Shown here piece after piece: positions 36,694 to 48,865 of a stretch of DNA of 64,000 bases (position 1 is its first letter; each line of letters opens with the position of its first letter). Source of the stretch: Squalus acanthias. Taxonomy: Eukaryota. The notes under the pieces are model-generated. The model did not search any database, was not told the origin of the DNA, and was given only the letters and a program-made list of their open reading frames with translations. A program made the position numbers and the translations under genes. The stretch is from contig JASTWF010000558.1 of the NCBI GenBank assembly GCA_030390025.1, forward strand, positions 124,001 through 188,000, read 5' to 3'.

Positions 36694-39600
36694 ATTACAT
36701 AGGATTACATAGAATATACGGCACAGAAAAAGGCCATTCAGCCCAACCAGGACATGCCGGCGCTTATGCTCCACTCGAGCCTCCTCCCGTCTTTCCTCAT
36801 CTAAATCTATCAGCATAACCCTCTATTCCCTTCCCCCTCATATGCTTGTCTAGTCTCCCTGACATGAATCTGTCATTCATGAAAGAAAGACTTATGAAAT
36901 AATACTGAGTGGCCTGCGGGTGGCGCTGTCCAGGGAGAGTATAAATACTCGGGCACGGGCCCAGCTTGCGCAGGACATTCTTAACAGGAACTAGTGAAGG
37001 ACACAACTAGACCTCCATGTTGTAAAACAGTTGATTAAAGCTTTGTTTAACGCTTAGACCAAGTGCCTAGTAGTTTTCTTACGTCACTCCCCTTAAATGC
37101 ATCTATATTATTTGCTTCAACCACTCCCTGTGGTAGCGAGTTCCACATTCTCACCACTCTTTTGGTAAAGAAGTTTCTTCTGAATTCCCTATTGGATTTC
37201 TTGGTGACTATCTTATATTGATGGCCTCTAGTTATGCTCTTACCCACAAGTGGAAACATTCTCTCTGTATCCACTCTATCAAAACTTTTCATAATTTTAA
37301 AGACCTCTATTAGGTCACCCCTCAGCCTTTTTTCAAGAGAAAAGACATTCAGCCTGTTCATCCTTTCCTGATATGTATACCCTCGCATTTCTGATATCAT
37401 CCTTGTAAATCTTCTCTACACCCTCTCCAGTGCCTCTATATCCTTTTCATAATATGGCGACCAGAACTGTACGCAGTACTCTAAGTGTGGTCTAACCAAG
37501 GTTCGATACAGGTTTAGCATAACTTCCCTACTTTTTAATTCTATCCCTCTAGAAATAAACCCTAGTGCTTGGTTTGCTTTTTTTTATGGCCTTGCTAACC
37601 TGTGTTGCAACATTTAGTGATTTGTGTATTTGTGCTCCGAGATCCCTTTGTTCCTCTACCCCACCTAGACTTGCACCCTCGAAGTAATAAGTGACCTCCC
37701 TATTCCTACCAAAATGTAATACCTCACATTTATCTGTGTTGAACTTCATTTGCCAATCATATTCCCATTCTGCAAGTTTATTAATGTCCTCCTGTAATTT
37801 GTTGCAGTCCTTCTCAGTATTGACTATCCCCCATAATTTGGTGTCATCTGCAAATTTAGAAATTGTGATTTTGATTCCAAAGTCTAAATTGTTAATGTAA
37901 ATTGTGAACAACAGTGGTCCCAGCACTGATCCTTGTGGAACACCACTACCCACCTTCTGCCACTGTGAATACCTACCCTTTACCCCCTACTCTCTGCTTT
38001 CTGTCTTGAAGCCAGCTAGCAATCCATTCTGCTACTTGTCCCCTGACTCTGCATTCTCTGACCTTGTTCATCAGTCTATTATGGGGTACCTTATCGAAGG
38101 CCTTTTGAAAATCTAGATAAATTACATCTACTGCATTACCAATGTCTACTCTCTCTATTACCTCTTCAGAAAATTCAATGAGGTTGGTCAAGCAAGACTT
38201 TCCCTTTTGAAATCCATGCTGACTATTCCTTATTATATTTTTGGTTTCTAGATGTTCTTCTATTCTCTCCTTTAGTTGGTATTCCATTATTTTTCCTACC
38301 ACTGATGTTAAGCTGACTGGTCTATAATTCCCTGGACATGTTCTATCCCCCTTCTTGAATACAAGTATTACGTTAGCTATCCGCCAGTCTTCTGGCACTA
38401 CACCTTTTTCTAACGAATTATTAAATATGTTTAATAATGCCTCTGCTATCTCTTCCCTAGATTATTTTAAAATGCATGGATGCAATCCATTCGGACCAAG
38501 GGTTTTATCTTTGAGTTTGATTAGTTTATTTAATATATCCCCTCATTTTATTTTAAATGCACTTATCTCATTACTAATCTCATCATCCAATGTCATGTCC
38601 ACCTGTTCTATATCCCTGGTAAATACTGAAGCAAAATAATTATTTAATATTTCTGCCATCTCTCGATCGTTGCCTGTGGTATTATCCCCTTAATGGCCCT
38701 ATTCCCATCCCAACCTTCCTTTTTTTTATTGATGTGCCTGTAAAATATTTTACTAATTTGTTTTATGTTACTTGATAAGTTAATTTTAATTTCCTCTTTG
38801 CCGTCCTAATTGTTTTTTTGACTTCTCTCCTAATCTCTTTGTATTCTCCCTTATCATGCACTTCTTTGCTGTCTATGTACTTAATGTATGCCTCTTTCCT
38901 TACCCTCAGTCGTTCCCTTATGGCTTTATTCATCCATGGAGTCTCATTAGTGTTTAGTTTGTTCTTTCCTTTTAGCGGAATATATTTTTCCTGCACTTTG
39001 TTGAACACCGTTTTAAATGTTTCCCATTGCTGTTCTACATTGTTGTTTGCTAATATTGTTTATTTTCCCATGTTCTATTCTCAGCCCCTCAAAATCAGCT
39101 TTTCTCCAATCTATTAACCTGGTTTTCGTCATACTTATGACCTTCTCAATTATCATCTTATAGAGTATTATATTATGGTCACTATTGCCTAGATGTTCCC
39201 CTACTTTTACTTCTCTTATCTGCTCTGGTTCATTCCCCATTACTAGATCCAATAGCGAATCCTCCCTTGTTGGGCTTTTTACATATTGGGTTAGAAAGGA
39301 GTCCTGTACACATTGTAGGAACTCCATTCCCTTATCCCCTTTACCTACCTCTTCTGTCCAATTAATATCGGGGTAGTTGAAATCCCCCATGATTATTATT
39401 CTATGTTTTTTTCTCATTTCCCTAATTTGTCTGCATATTTCTTCCTCCACCCCCTTCCACTATTAGGTGGTCTGTAGACTATGCCTATTGGCGTGATTGA
39501 TCCTTTATTATCTTTTATCTCTATGCATATGGATTCTATTTTTGTCTTGCTGATAGCTGCGTCACTTTTTTCTGCTGCCATTATGTTATCCCTAATAAGT

Positions 39601-41160
39601 ACAGCTACTCCACCTCCCCTTTTTCCCTCCCTATCTTTTCTAAATATGTTATACCCTACAATGTTTAATTCCCAGTCCTGATTTTTCTATAGCCATGTCT
39701 CAGTAATCCCGACTATGTCTGGTTCCTCGCAACGCATGATTGCCTCCAGCTCCCCTGTTTTATTACGGACACTGTGTGCGTTGCTGTACAGACAGTTTAA
39801 CTCATTTTTAATAGGATTTCCTCTCACTTTATGTTTAACCATCCTTTTAGACTCCTGTTCTATAACTCTATTTATTCCCTTGCCATCAATGTCCTCCCTT
39901 ACTTTATTCTTTCCTATGCTCTCTTTTCCTGTTTTGTTTATATTTAAGCTGGTTACATTTTTTTGTAGATCCCTCCCCCCCCACCTTACTAGTTTAAAGC
40001 CTTTGCCACCTCCCTATTTACCCTTTCCGCTAGGACACGGGTCCCATCCCAATTCAGGTGGAGCCCATCCCATCGGTACAGCTCCTTCCTGTCCCAGAAC
40101 TGGTGCCAGTGCCCATGAAAAGGAACCCCTCTTTCCCACACCAGCCCTTTAGCCACATGTTAATTCTCCTGATCTGTCTGCTTCTATGCCAATTTGCACA
40201 TGGCTCGGGCAATAATCCAGAGATTATTACCCTCAAGCTCCTGCTTTTTAATTTAGAGCCTAACTCCTGATACTCTTTCAGCAGGACCTCCTCCCTGTTC
40301 CTATCTATGTCGTTTGCTCCAACATGGACCACGACAACTGGATTTGCCCCCTCCCTTTCCAAGCTCCTCTCCAGCCACCATGAGATATCCCTTACCCTGG
40401 CACCGGGTAGGGAAAAAACCCTTCGGGATTCTCGTTCTGTGCCCCTAATTGTAGAGTCCTCTATCTCTACCACATTTCTATTCTGCTCTTCCCCCACCCT
40501 GGACAGCCTTCTGAGCCACGGTGCCTTGGTCTGCATTGTGGCTGTCCTCCCTGCAGTCTTTCTCCTTGTCCTCACAGGTAGCGAGTACATCATACCTGTT
40601 GGACAGGACCAGTGTCTGCAGGACCTCCTTCTCAACCTCTCCTAAATCCCTGCTACCCGGCTCCCTAACAGTCACACCCTCCCTTTCCTGAACCTGTGCT
40701 TTCCTCTGGGGTCTGTTTGTATTCTGGATAATACTGTCCAGAAATTCCTCCCCCTCCCTTATGTGTCGGAGTGTCTCCAACTCGCACTCCAGCTCAGTGA
40801 CTCTGAGCCGGAGAGATTCAAGGTGGAGACATCTCCTGCAGACGTGTTCGCTCGGGACAGTCTCGCTGTCCACAAACTGCCACATACTGCATCCAGACAC
40901 ACAACCTGCCCTGCCATATCTTAGTCTCGCCTTATTTTATTTATTTAATTAGTTAAAGTCTTTATTCAACGATTATTTAGTTATATTAATTAGTTTAACT
41001 AGTTAAGCTATAAATTTAATACAGTACGTTGTAGTTTCCAACTCCTAGTTTAAACCACTGTCCTAGGTTAGAGAAAAAAAAACGTTCATACTCACCAACC
41101 AATCACCTACCTGCTGTCCTGTGATGTCACTGCTTGATTTTTTTGCTCTCCTTCGCTCTC
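36694..41160 (-). mobile_element. Near-full-length CR1 LINE (ORF1 Zn-finger/leucine zipper + esterase; ORF2 APE endonuclease + RT), inactivated
   Basis: ORF1 CSMW...CRRCLHLESLRLRVTELE and LPGARVRDI/VVVHVGANDI; EN MGDFNYPDINW, LLDLV, HLGNSDH; [28 protein letters not shown]; (ctatgtaat)n tail; several frameshifts. Confidence 0.96.
36860..37086 (+). mobile_element. Short solo LTR (227 bp) inserted in the 3' region of the CR1
   Basis: TGAC...GTCA termini, 5-bp TSD CTCCC (36855-36859, 37087-37091), TATAAAT at 36940, ATTAAA at 37034. Confidence 0.8.
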
Positions 41161-41170
41161 GCTCTCTCTC

Positions 41171-41757
41171 GGGCCTTGGGCCTGGGGTCGCCGCTCCCTT
41201 TATCCTCGCTGGTCCCGCTCTCGCTCTGGTCTTGGGCCTTGGGCCTGGGGTCGCCGCTCCCTTTATCCTCGCTGGTCCCGCTCTCGCTCTGGTCTCGGGC
41301 CTTGGGCCTGGGGTCGCCGCTCCCTTTATCCTCGCTGGTCCCGCTCTCGCTCTGGTCTTGGGCCTTGGGCCTGGGGTCGCCGCTCCCTTTATCCTCGCTG
41401 GTCCCGCTCTCGCTCTGGTCTCGGGCCTCGGGTCGCCGCTCCCTTTATCCTCGCTGGTCCCGCTCTCGCTCTGGTCTTGGGCCTTGGGCCTGGGGTCGCC
41501 GCTCCCTTTATCCTCGCTGGTCCCGCTCTCGCTCTGGTCTCGGGCCTCGGGTCGCCGCTCCCTTTATCCTCGCTGGTCCCGCTCTCGCTCTGGTCTCGGG
41601 CCTTGGGCCTGGGGTCGCCGCTCCCTTTATCCTCGCTGGTCCCGCTCTCGCTCTGGTCTCGGGCCTCGGGTCGCCGCTCCCTTTATCCCCGCCACTCTCG
41701 CTGGTCCCGCTCTCACTCTGGTCTCGGGCCTCGGGTCGCCGCTCCCTTTATCCCCGC
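41171..41757. repeat. GC-rich minisatellite, about 10 units of 63/56 bp
   Basis: Unit (gggcctt)gggcctggggtcgccgctccctttatcctcgctggtcccgctctcgctctggtct(t/c); short units lack 7 bp. Confidence 0.95.
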
Positions 41758-42334
41758 CGATAGAAGGGGGATCCCCATTCATGCTTATGGAGATTCCGTT
41801 TGTACGGAACCTCCATAAGCATGAATGGGGATGACATTAAAAATACATTTAACATAACAAATAAAAAATATATATATATATTTAAAATTTATTAAAATAC
41901 AATATCATTAAACATTTAAAACAAAAAATTATTTTTTTGAAAATTAAATTTACATATTTTAAATAGTCTAACAATTAAACTTACCTTATTGTACATGTGT
42001 TTTAATGTTTAAATGAATGAAAATGTTTTATTTTTATGTTTTTTAAACTCTTACGCTGGTCAAAGCAGGGTATTTGCTGGGCAGGAACTCTCCACCCGCG
42101 GATGCCTTTTTCCCGGGGATGCGTGCGATCTGTCAAGAAGATTCTTGACAGATCGCAAGCTACAAATTTTAGCGCATGCACTCTGCATGCCTAAACCCGG
42201 AACTTGCGCGGCCCCTACGGGCGCGTGTGCACCTCATACGCCCCCGTAGGGGCCACAAATTATGGCCCATTGTATCCTAATTCCAGTAGGCAGTATTTAA
42301 GACGTTGGGGTTTTTTTTTAAACTTCTTTTTTCA

Positions 42335-42755
42335 CCAGTTTACTCTTCTCCCCTGAAGGTGTTGACTCCTTGCTGGGGTATGGTCCCATGGGTCCAGCCG
42401 CCCTCCAGTAGCTCGCCCAAGTGGTCGTTCTGCACGTGTGAGTTCAGACAGTGAACGTTCGCTGGTATTTGACCCATGGCGGTACCAGAGCCAAGCGCAA
42501 TCCTGTTCTTCTTTGACGTCCACGGATGCACACTTTCCAGCAGGGGTCACAGGATAACAGTCTGTTTTGGGGAATCCTGACCCTTTTGTGCTTCTTCCTC
42601 TTTTCTGGCCCAAGAGCATCGAGACCAATTGTAGCACCCCTACTTCCACTTTAGATGCGATCAGATAACTCTGCACAGACTGACGATCGAGCTGGGGTCC
42701 TTCCCGCCCTGCATAGCTCAGCTGCTTAATGGCCATTACCATTTAAGGCATCGCA
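42335..42755 (-). mobile_element. AmnSINE2-like SINE
   Basis: ctgaaggtgttgactccttgctgggg...ccaattgtagcacccctac...gatcagataactctgcacagac. Confidence 0.65.
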
Positions 42756-43014
42756 GCAGCTCCTTAAAATGTTCTAAATTGAGTGCAAGGAAGGAACATA
42801 AATTGGACAATAGCAATATCTGCTCAAAACAGGATTAAAATATCTTTAGCCTGCGGCTTCGGAATATGAAATATTCCAAGGTATGTAGGACGTGTTTGGT
42901 TTATTTCTTTGAAAAAATACATCTGGCATTTTTTCCACTTGGTCTGGAACCACAGATTGCTCATCTGTGTGTTACTGTGACTAGGTTGCCACTGATGAAG
43001 GAGTGCGTTGTTTC

Positions 43015-43400
43015 CTCAATAGCCCAGTGAGTTTATTCACTGAGTAGCTGAGCAATACAGACCAGGAAGATTCCTTAGTCATCCCTGGTCTGTGCTGAGT
43101 TAACTGATCTTAGCCGGGGCAGTGGTAGGGGCATTATAATTTGCCTGTGTTGGGGAGAGGAAAATTAACCAAAGCTCCATTCATGATTGCTCTCCAGCAA
43201 ACCATCCGGAAGTGCCCATGTACCGAAATCGGCTGAGGACAGGGCTGGGCTCGTCTGTGCTGGACCTCCTCACTCAAATAGACGGCCAATAATGATTGTC
43301 AAGGATGGCCCAGGAATGATGGTTACTTGGGCAAGGCACCCAGTGACTGTCGGTCCATGCAGCAGCAAAGAGTCAGGAGAAGAGGGGACAAAAATGGAAG
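43015..43400 (+). mobile_element. AmnSINE2-like SINE
   Basis: tacagaccaggaag...ccctggtctgtgctgagttaactgatcttagccggggcagtggtaggggc core. Confidence 0.65.
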
Positions 43401-43715
43401 AAAATCAGTGAAAGAAATTAGGGACGTGTATTATTCAGGCAATCGTAAATAGGATGACGGCATTTTAGACTTTATTGTTGGGAATTTACCATCTGAGCTG
43501 AAAATAGATTGATCTACTAAAACCCGGATATAGCACAGAGCTGATCTCTATGCAAATCTAATCCACGCTGCTCAGCCAGTTACAAATTTACCATTTATGT
43601 TGTTTGTGTCCCTGGTGGGTTGTGTTCCGAAATCCCAGAATGAAGTTCTTTTAAAACAAAAGGGAACTGGTAAATAGGTTAAACAGGAATTGAGTAAACT
43701 GTCCTTTTACCACAG

Positions 43716-43837
43716 GTTGTCATAGAAACTGAGAAAATTTCGTACTCTCTGAAACTCATGTCCCTTGAAGATCTGGAGCATGTGGTTAGCCATGTCACTG
43801 CATCACTCAAAAAAATATTTCCAGATTCATCACCCGG
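43716..43837 (+). CDS. CARMIL2: CARMIL exon (probable exon 5): VVIETEKISYSLKLMSLEDLEHVVSHVTASLKKIFPDSSP(G)
   Basis: cacAG acceptor, GG|GTAAGT donor, 122 nt, phase 0-2. Contains the (L/I)(R/K)K(I/V)FP motif of CARMILs. Confidence 0.93.
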
Positions 43838-44414
43838 GTAAGTAGCCCCCCAAATGGGTGCTTTGATTTTATGTCTTTGTTTCACTGTTTCATGTTTCAC
43901 GGCAGTGCTGTGTTTGAACAGACACTGCTGATTATAAACCTATTTACTGTATACAGAGTGACGGTTAGGGTTGATGGAACCCCCTGACTTTGGCAGCAGT
44001 GCTGTAATGTAAATGAAGGCAGTGCTGCTGTGGAAGGAGAAGCGAAGAACCACATCAAGAGGCGGTGGGCAGCTGCTGCTCTGGAGGCAAAGCAGTCACA
44101 TGTGAGATAGCTGCCATCCTCGGCTGTCTGCCGCCGCACGTTCTGGCAGTGGGGCGGGTGGACGGTTAGCCTGCTTCTATGGGCTGCTGATGTGGTTTTT
44201 CATGTGCGGCTGGTTTTGTGCAGCCCTTGGTGCTGCTGATTCCACCTCGTAGCGCCAGCATCCCCGGGCCACTTCTACTAGGAGGCACGGATATTTTCAA
44301 CCTTCGCCTGCAACTTTCCTAGTGCCTAATTTGCAAACATGTCCTTATGAAAACTCAAAGCAATGATGAGGGATTTGCAGATGAATACAGCTGATTGTGG
44401 ATGAACTGCCTACT

Positions 44415-44695
44415 TTTTTTTTTCTTTTTATTCGCTTATGGGATCTGGGCGTCGCTGGCAAGGCCAGCATTTATTGCCCATCCCTAGTTGCCCTTGAGAA
44501 AGTGGTGGTGAGCTGCCTTCTTGAACCGCTGCAGTCCGTGTGGTGAAGGTACTCCCACAGTGCTGTTAGGGAGGGAGTTCCAGGACTTTGACCCAGCGAC
44601 GATGAAGGATCGGCAATATACTTCTAAGTCAGGATGGTGTGTGACTTGGAGGGGAACTTGCAGGTGGTGGTGTTCCCATGCGCCTGCTGCCTTAA
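44415..44695 (-). mobile_element. 3' end of a CR1/L2-group LINE (same family as 45180-46630)
   Basis: Reverse complement of about 46350-46630, including the poly(A)-like end. Confidence 0.9.
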
Positions 44696-45113
44696 TCAGT
44701 TGTTCCATACAGTACCCATACCAGAGCAGTCCAATACCAGTATGATACATTGAGAGTGTTTACATTGTGTATTGCGATTTTTTTTTTTTGCTTTGCCTCT
44801 TCTCCAGAGATCTGAGCAACAACTTCTCTCTACCTCCTCAGTAGCATCTGACTACTTTGGGCAACTCATTACTGTCGCTCAGTGTGCGACAGCTGATTGG
44901 CTGATTGTTCTTTTGCGGTTTAACCCTGTCTGATGATGTTATTCACCTTGTTATTTAAACATGGAGCTTGAAGAGAGGGAAGTGCTTCAGTTGCCTCTTT
45001 TTAATTGATCCATAAAGATGACATTGGCTTGCCCCAGTGTCATCAACAGAGAAACAAATTTACACATGCCCCTTTGTATTAAGGAGGCACAGCTAATAAA
45101 AGAATTGAAACAT

Positions 45114-45177
45114 AAAGTCCAATTTCAACAGAATCAAAGTCCAATTTCAACAGAATCAAAGTCCAATTTCAACAGAT
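45114..45177. repeat. 22-bp tandem repeat x3 at the 5' junction of the LINE
   Basis: (aaagtccaatttcaacagaatc)3. Confidence 0.9.
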
Positions 45178-45179
45178 AT

Positions 45180-46630
45180 CCGACAATGTAGAAAACTGCC
45201 CAGGTATGTCTTGTCCACAAAAAGCAGGACAAATCCAATCCGGCCAATTACCACCCCATCAGTCTACTCTCAATCATCAGCAAAGTGAATGGAAGGTGTC
45301 ATCGACAGTGCTATCAAGCGGCACTTACTCACCAATAACCTGCTCACTGATGCCCAGTTTGGGTTCCGCCAAGACCACTCGGCTCCCGACCTCATTACAG
45401 CCTTGGTCCAAACATGGACTAAGGAGCTGAATTCCAGAGGTGAGGTGAGAGTGACAGCCCTTGACATCAAGGCAGCATTTGACCGAGTGTGGCATCAAGG
45501 AGCCCTAGTAAAACTGAAGTCAATGGGAATCAGAGGGAAAACGCTCCACTGGCTGGAGTCATACCTAGCACAAAGGAAGATAGTTGTGGTGGTTGAAGGT
45601 CAATCATCACAGCCCCAGGACATCGCTGCAGGAGTTCCTCAGGGCAGTGTCCTAGGCCCAACCATCTTCAGCTGCTTCATCAATGACCTTCCCTCCAACA
45701 TAAGGTCAGAAATGGGGATGTTCGCTGATGACTGCACAGTGTTCAGCGCCATTCACAACTCCACAGATAATGAAGCAGTCCCTGCCCACATGCAACAAGA
45801 CCTGGACGACGTTCAGGCTTGGGCTGATAAATGGCAGATAACATTCGCGCCACACTAGTGCCAGGCAATGACTACCTCCAACAAGCGAGAGTCTAACCAC
45901 CACCCCTTGACATTCAATGGCATTACCATCGCCGAATCCCCCACTATCAACATCCTGGGGGTCACCATTGACCAGAAATTTAACTGGACCAGCCACATAA
46001 ATACTGTGGCAACAAGAGCAGGTCAGAGGCTAGGTATTCTGTGGCGAGTGTCTCACCGCCTGACTCCCCAAAGCCTTTCCACCATCTACAAGGCACAAGT
46101 AAGGAGTGTGATGGAATACTCTCCACTTGCCTGGATGAGTGCAGCTCCAACAACACTCAAGAAGCTCGACACCATCCAGGACAAAGCAGCCCACTTGATT
46201 GGCACCCCATCCACCATCTTAAACATTCACTCCCTCCACCACTGGCGTACCATGGCTGCAGTGTGTACCATCTACAAGATGCACTGCAGCAACTCGCCAA
46301 GGCTGCTTCGGCAGCACCTCCCAAACCCACGACCTCTTCCACCTAGAAGGACAAGGGCAGCAAGCGCAAGGAAACACCACCACCTCCAAGTTCCCCTCCA
46401 AGTCACACACCATCCTGACTTAGAAGTATATCGCCGATCCTTCATCGTCGCTGGGTCAAAATCCTGGAACTCCCTCCCTAACAGCACTGTGGGAGTACCT
46501 TCACCAGACGGTCTGCAGCGGTTCAAGAAGGTGGCTCACCACCACCTTCTCAAGGGCAACTAGGGATGGGCAATAAATGCTGGCATTGCCAGCGACGCCC
46601 TGATCCCATAAATGAATTTTAAAAAAAAAG
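45180..46630 (+). mobile_element. 5'-truncated CR1/L2-group LINE, RT and C-terminus
   Basis: QFGFRQDHS, LDIKAAFDRVWH, GVPQGSVLGP, FADD; one stop; A-rich 3' end. Confidence 0.93.
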
Positions 46631-47338
46631 GAAACTTATAAAACTAAATCATAATGTTATTATGTGTGTCTATTAGACACTCGACTCCCTGCGGCGTCCA
46701 CCAGTCACGGAAGCCCTAAAGCACCACATGCAACCTCTCCAGGGCCACCTGAGCACGGACAAGACAGCGGAAGAGAAGCTAGAGTCAAACAGCAGATCAT
46801 CCCAGTTCAAAAAATTTTGTAAAATTCCATGGGGCCGATAATGCCCCGTAACAGGGGCGTCAGCCGGATTGGGAGCAAAAATGTGCGGTTAGCTTTGCCC
46901 CTTCATGTTAGGGGTGTTACCACCCTGTTTCTGCCCAACGGTGCCAGTGAAAATCTACCCTGAAGAATGATCATTTGGGTAAAGATATTGGAGGCTTCCA
47001 AAACATGGAGAACTATAACCCAGCATGAAAGTCAGTACCTTATCGAGAGGAGAGAAAATGGAACACTAATTGATTAAAGGTCTGTAATCTAAAGGTTCAA
47101 ATGACTTTTACAAACTGCTTGCACTTTGCTTTCATAGTGTAGGAGGACATCTGAACCCCTTGATTAAATTACAACATTGTAATCATCTGCTATTCTATGT
47201 ATAATAATTGATGTACAATATCTGACAGAAGATTAAACTCAGAGAACAATTAGTTACTTTAAGGCAACCAATTATGAGATTGAGTGTTGATATAAACTAT
47301 GATAATGAATCCCTTCATTTTTAATTTATTTTTCTTAG

Positions 47339-47436
47339 AAAGTTACTCAAGAAGAATTCCCCTGAGTTACAAGAGAGAATCAAAAAAATCACATCAGCAC
47401 TGGAAGAACGGACTGACTCTAAGCAGGGGCCATGTG
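47339..47436 (+). CDS. CARMIL2: CARMIL exon (probable exon 6): (G)KLLKKNSPELQERIKKITSALEERTDSKQGPC(G)
   Basis: T-rich tract + ttAG acceptor, G|GTATGT donor, 98 nt, phase 2-1. Ends in the GPCG linker motif. Confidence 0.92.
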
Positions 47437-48617
47437 GTATGTAAATGAGCCACTCCGCTTCAGAGCCAACCGCTCTGACATCCATATCGTAGGCCTAACA
47501 GATTGTACATATCTGATTAGATTATGAGAATTTAGAAGAAAGAATCTGGTAGATTGACTAGCACTGATAGTGCAGCACTTAAGTGTCCTGAAGAACACAG
47601 GAAGGCGTCTCGTAACAGTCAAGGTTGTCTTTTGAATTGCAAAGAAAGAAGCAGCCTTCACTTGTTTTGTATTTGTGTCTCGAGAGGCTTAGGGCAAGGG
47701 ACAGTGCCTGAACCAGCCTTCGAAGTTTTAAAGCTGCAGCACACTATAATTATATTTTACTGATATAAAGGCTTGAAAATACACATTTGTTCAAAAAAAA
47801 GTCTTCCTAATGTGATTTGCTGTGAATATCTTCACAGAAGAGATGGAGATAAAAGTGCTTCAGTTTGTGTTAGGCCTTGGTTATGCCTCCGTAACTGGAA
47901 AAAACTGAGGAGCAAAGAGGTCAGCAGCATAAGTATGTGACTCTGTGGGCTGGATTTTGTCAATGGGGACGTGATGGAGGCGGGACTCCCACTTTTTGGG
48001 TTGTAGTCCCGCCTCCATCGACTTGTGGCCAACCCACTGTATTTTCCCTTGATTGACCTTGTTAAGCCCGCCCAGCGGGCTTAGCAGGCCAATCAAGGGT
48101 CCCTTGGATACAGGTGACGTCAGCCATTGAAATTTCATCTGTCAAGAGCTTTTGACAGATGAAATTTCAGCGTTTGACAGCTCTGTGAAGCTGTCAAACA
48201 CTGACAATATGATTTCTAACGTGAGTCCCTGTACTTAGACTCAGTTAGAAATCAATCCAGCACAGAAAGCAGAAGGCTACAGCTTTTGACAGCTCAGTGG
48301 CCATTCTGCTTTCTGTGCCGGTGAGATTTCTGACTCCCGAGACCTGAAGGGCTGACACCTGCAGGAGGAAGTTAAAGTAAGTAAAACTTTTTTCCACACT
48401 TTACACTTACCTTACACACTTACCTCTACACACATGCACCCATCACTCACTTGCCCACCGGACATATCGACCCCTCCAACCCCTGCAGACCCACGGTCCG
48501 CCTCGCTAAAACGGCGTGGTTTGGAGCCGTCGGGTAGCCCACACTTCAGGGCTAAAAATAGGGATTAGGCAACAAACTGCCTGTTAACTACCTGTCAACA
48601 GGCAGATAATTGTCACT

Positions 48618-48865
48618 TATCTGTCACATTAACACCACCTCTAGCCTTGCATATCTCTTAATGTCTCTTAATGTCTCTTCATCTCCTCCTTTGTTCCTTT
48701 ATCCCCTCCCCCTTTTCCCAGCTTTACCCTGGCCTTAAATCTATTTGATTTCCAGCTCTTCCCAGTTCTGATGAAAGGTCATCGACCTGAAACGTCAACT
48801 CTCTTTCTCTCTCCACGGATGCTGCCTGGCCTGCTGAGTTTTTCCAGCGTTTTCTGTTGTTATTT
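48618..48865 (+). mobile_element. Penelope-like element fragment with a 15-bp TSD
   Basis: CAGATAATTGTCACT repeated at 48603-48617 and 48866-48880; pyrimidine-rich body plus hammerhead motif. Confidence 0.8.
48764..48800 (+). ncRNA. Minimal type I hammerhead ribozyme motif (Penelope-associated)
   Basis: AGTT-CTGATGA-A-AGGTC(ATC)GACCT-GAAA-C-GTC-AACT: CUGAUGA and GAAA core, 5-bp stem II, AGTT/AACT stem I, minimal palindromic stem III. Confidence 0.72.

Larger units (their letters stand above)
36493..42268. mobile_element. Harbinger-type MITE (halves at 36493-36693 and 41760-42268) split by a near-full-length CR1
   Basis: TIRs ggggctgaatttg / caaattatggccc flanked by AAT and ATT; AT-rich centre and hairpins like the MITE at 20390-21120. 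Confidence 0.7.

Noticed and set aside
41121-41834. Long hydrophobic repeat ORFs and a CRISPR-like appearance
   Set aside because: Head-to-tail minisatellite with no unique spacers and no cas genes, in a eukaryotic context.
42992-43020. ctgatgaaggag, resembling a second hammerhead family
   Set aside because: No downstream GAAA box.
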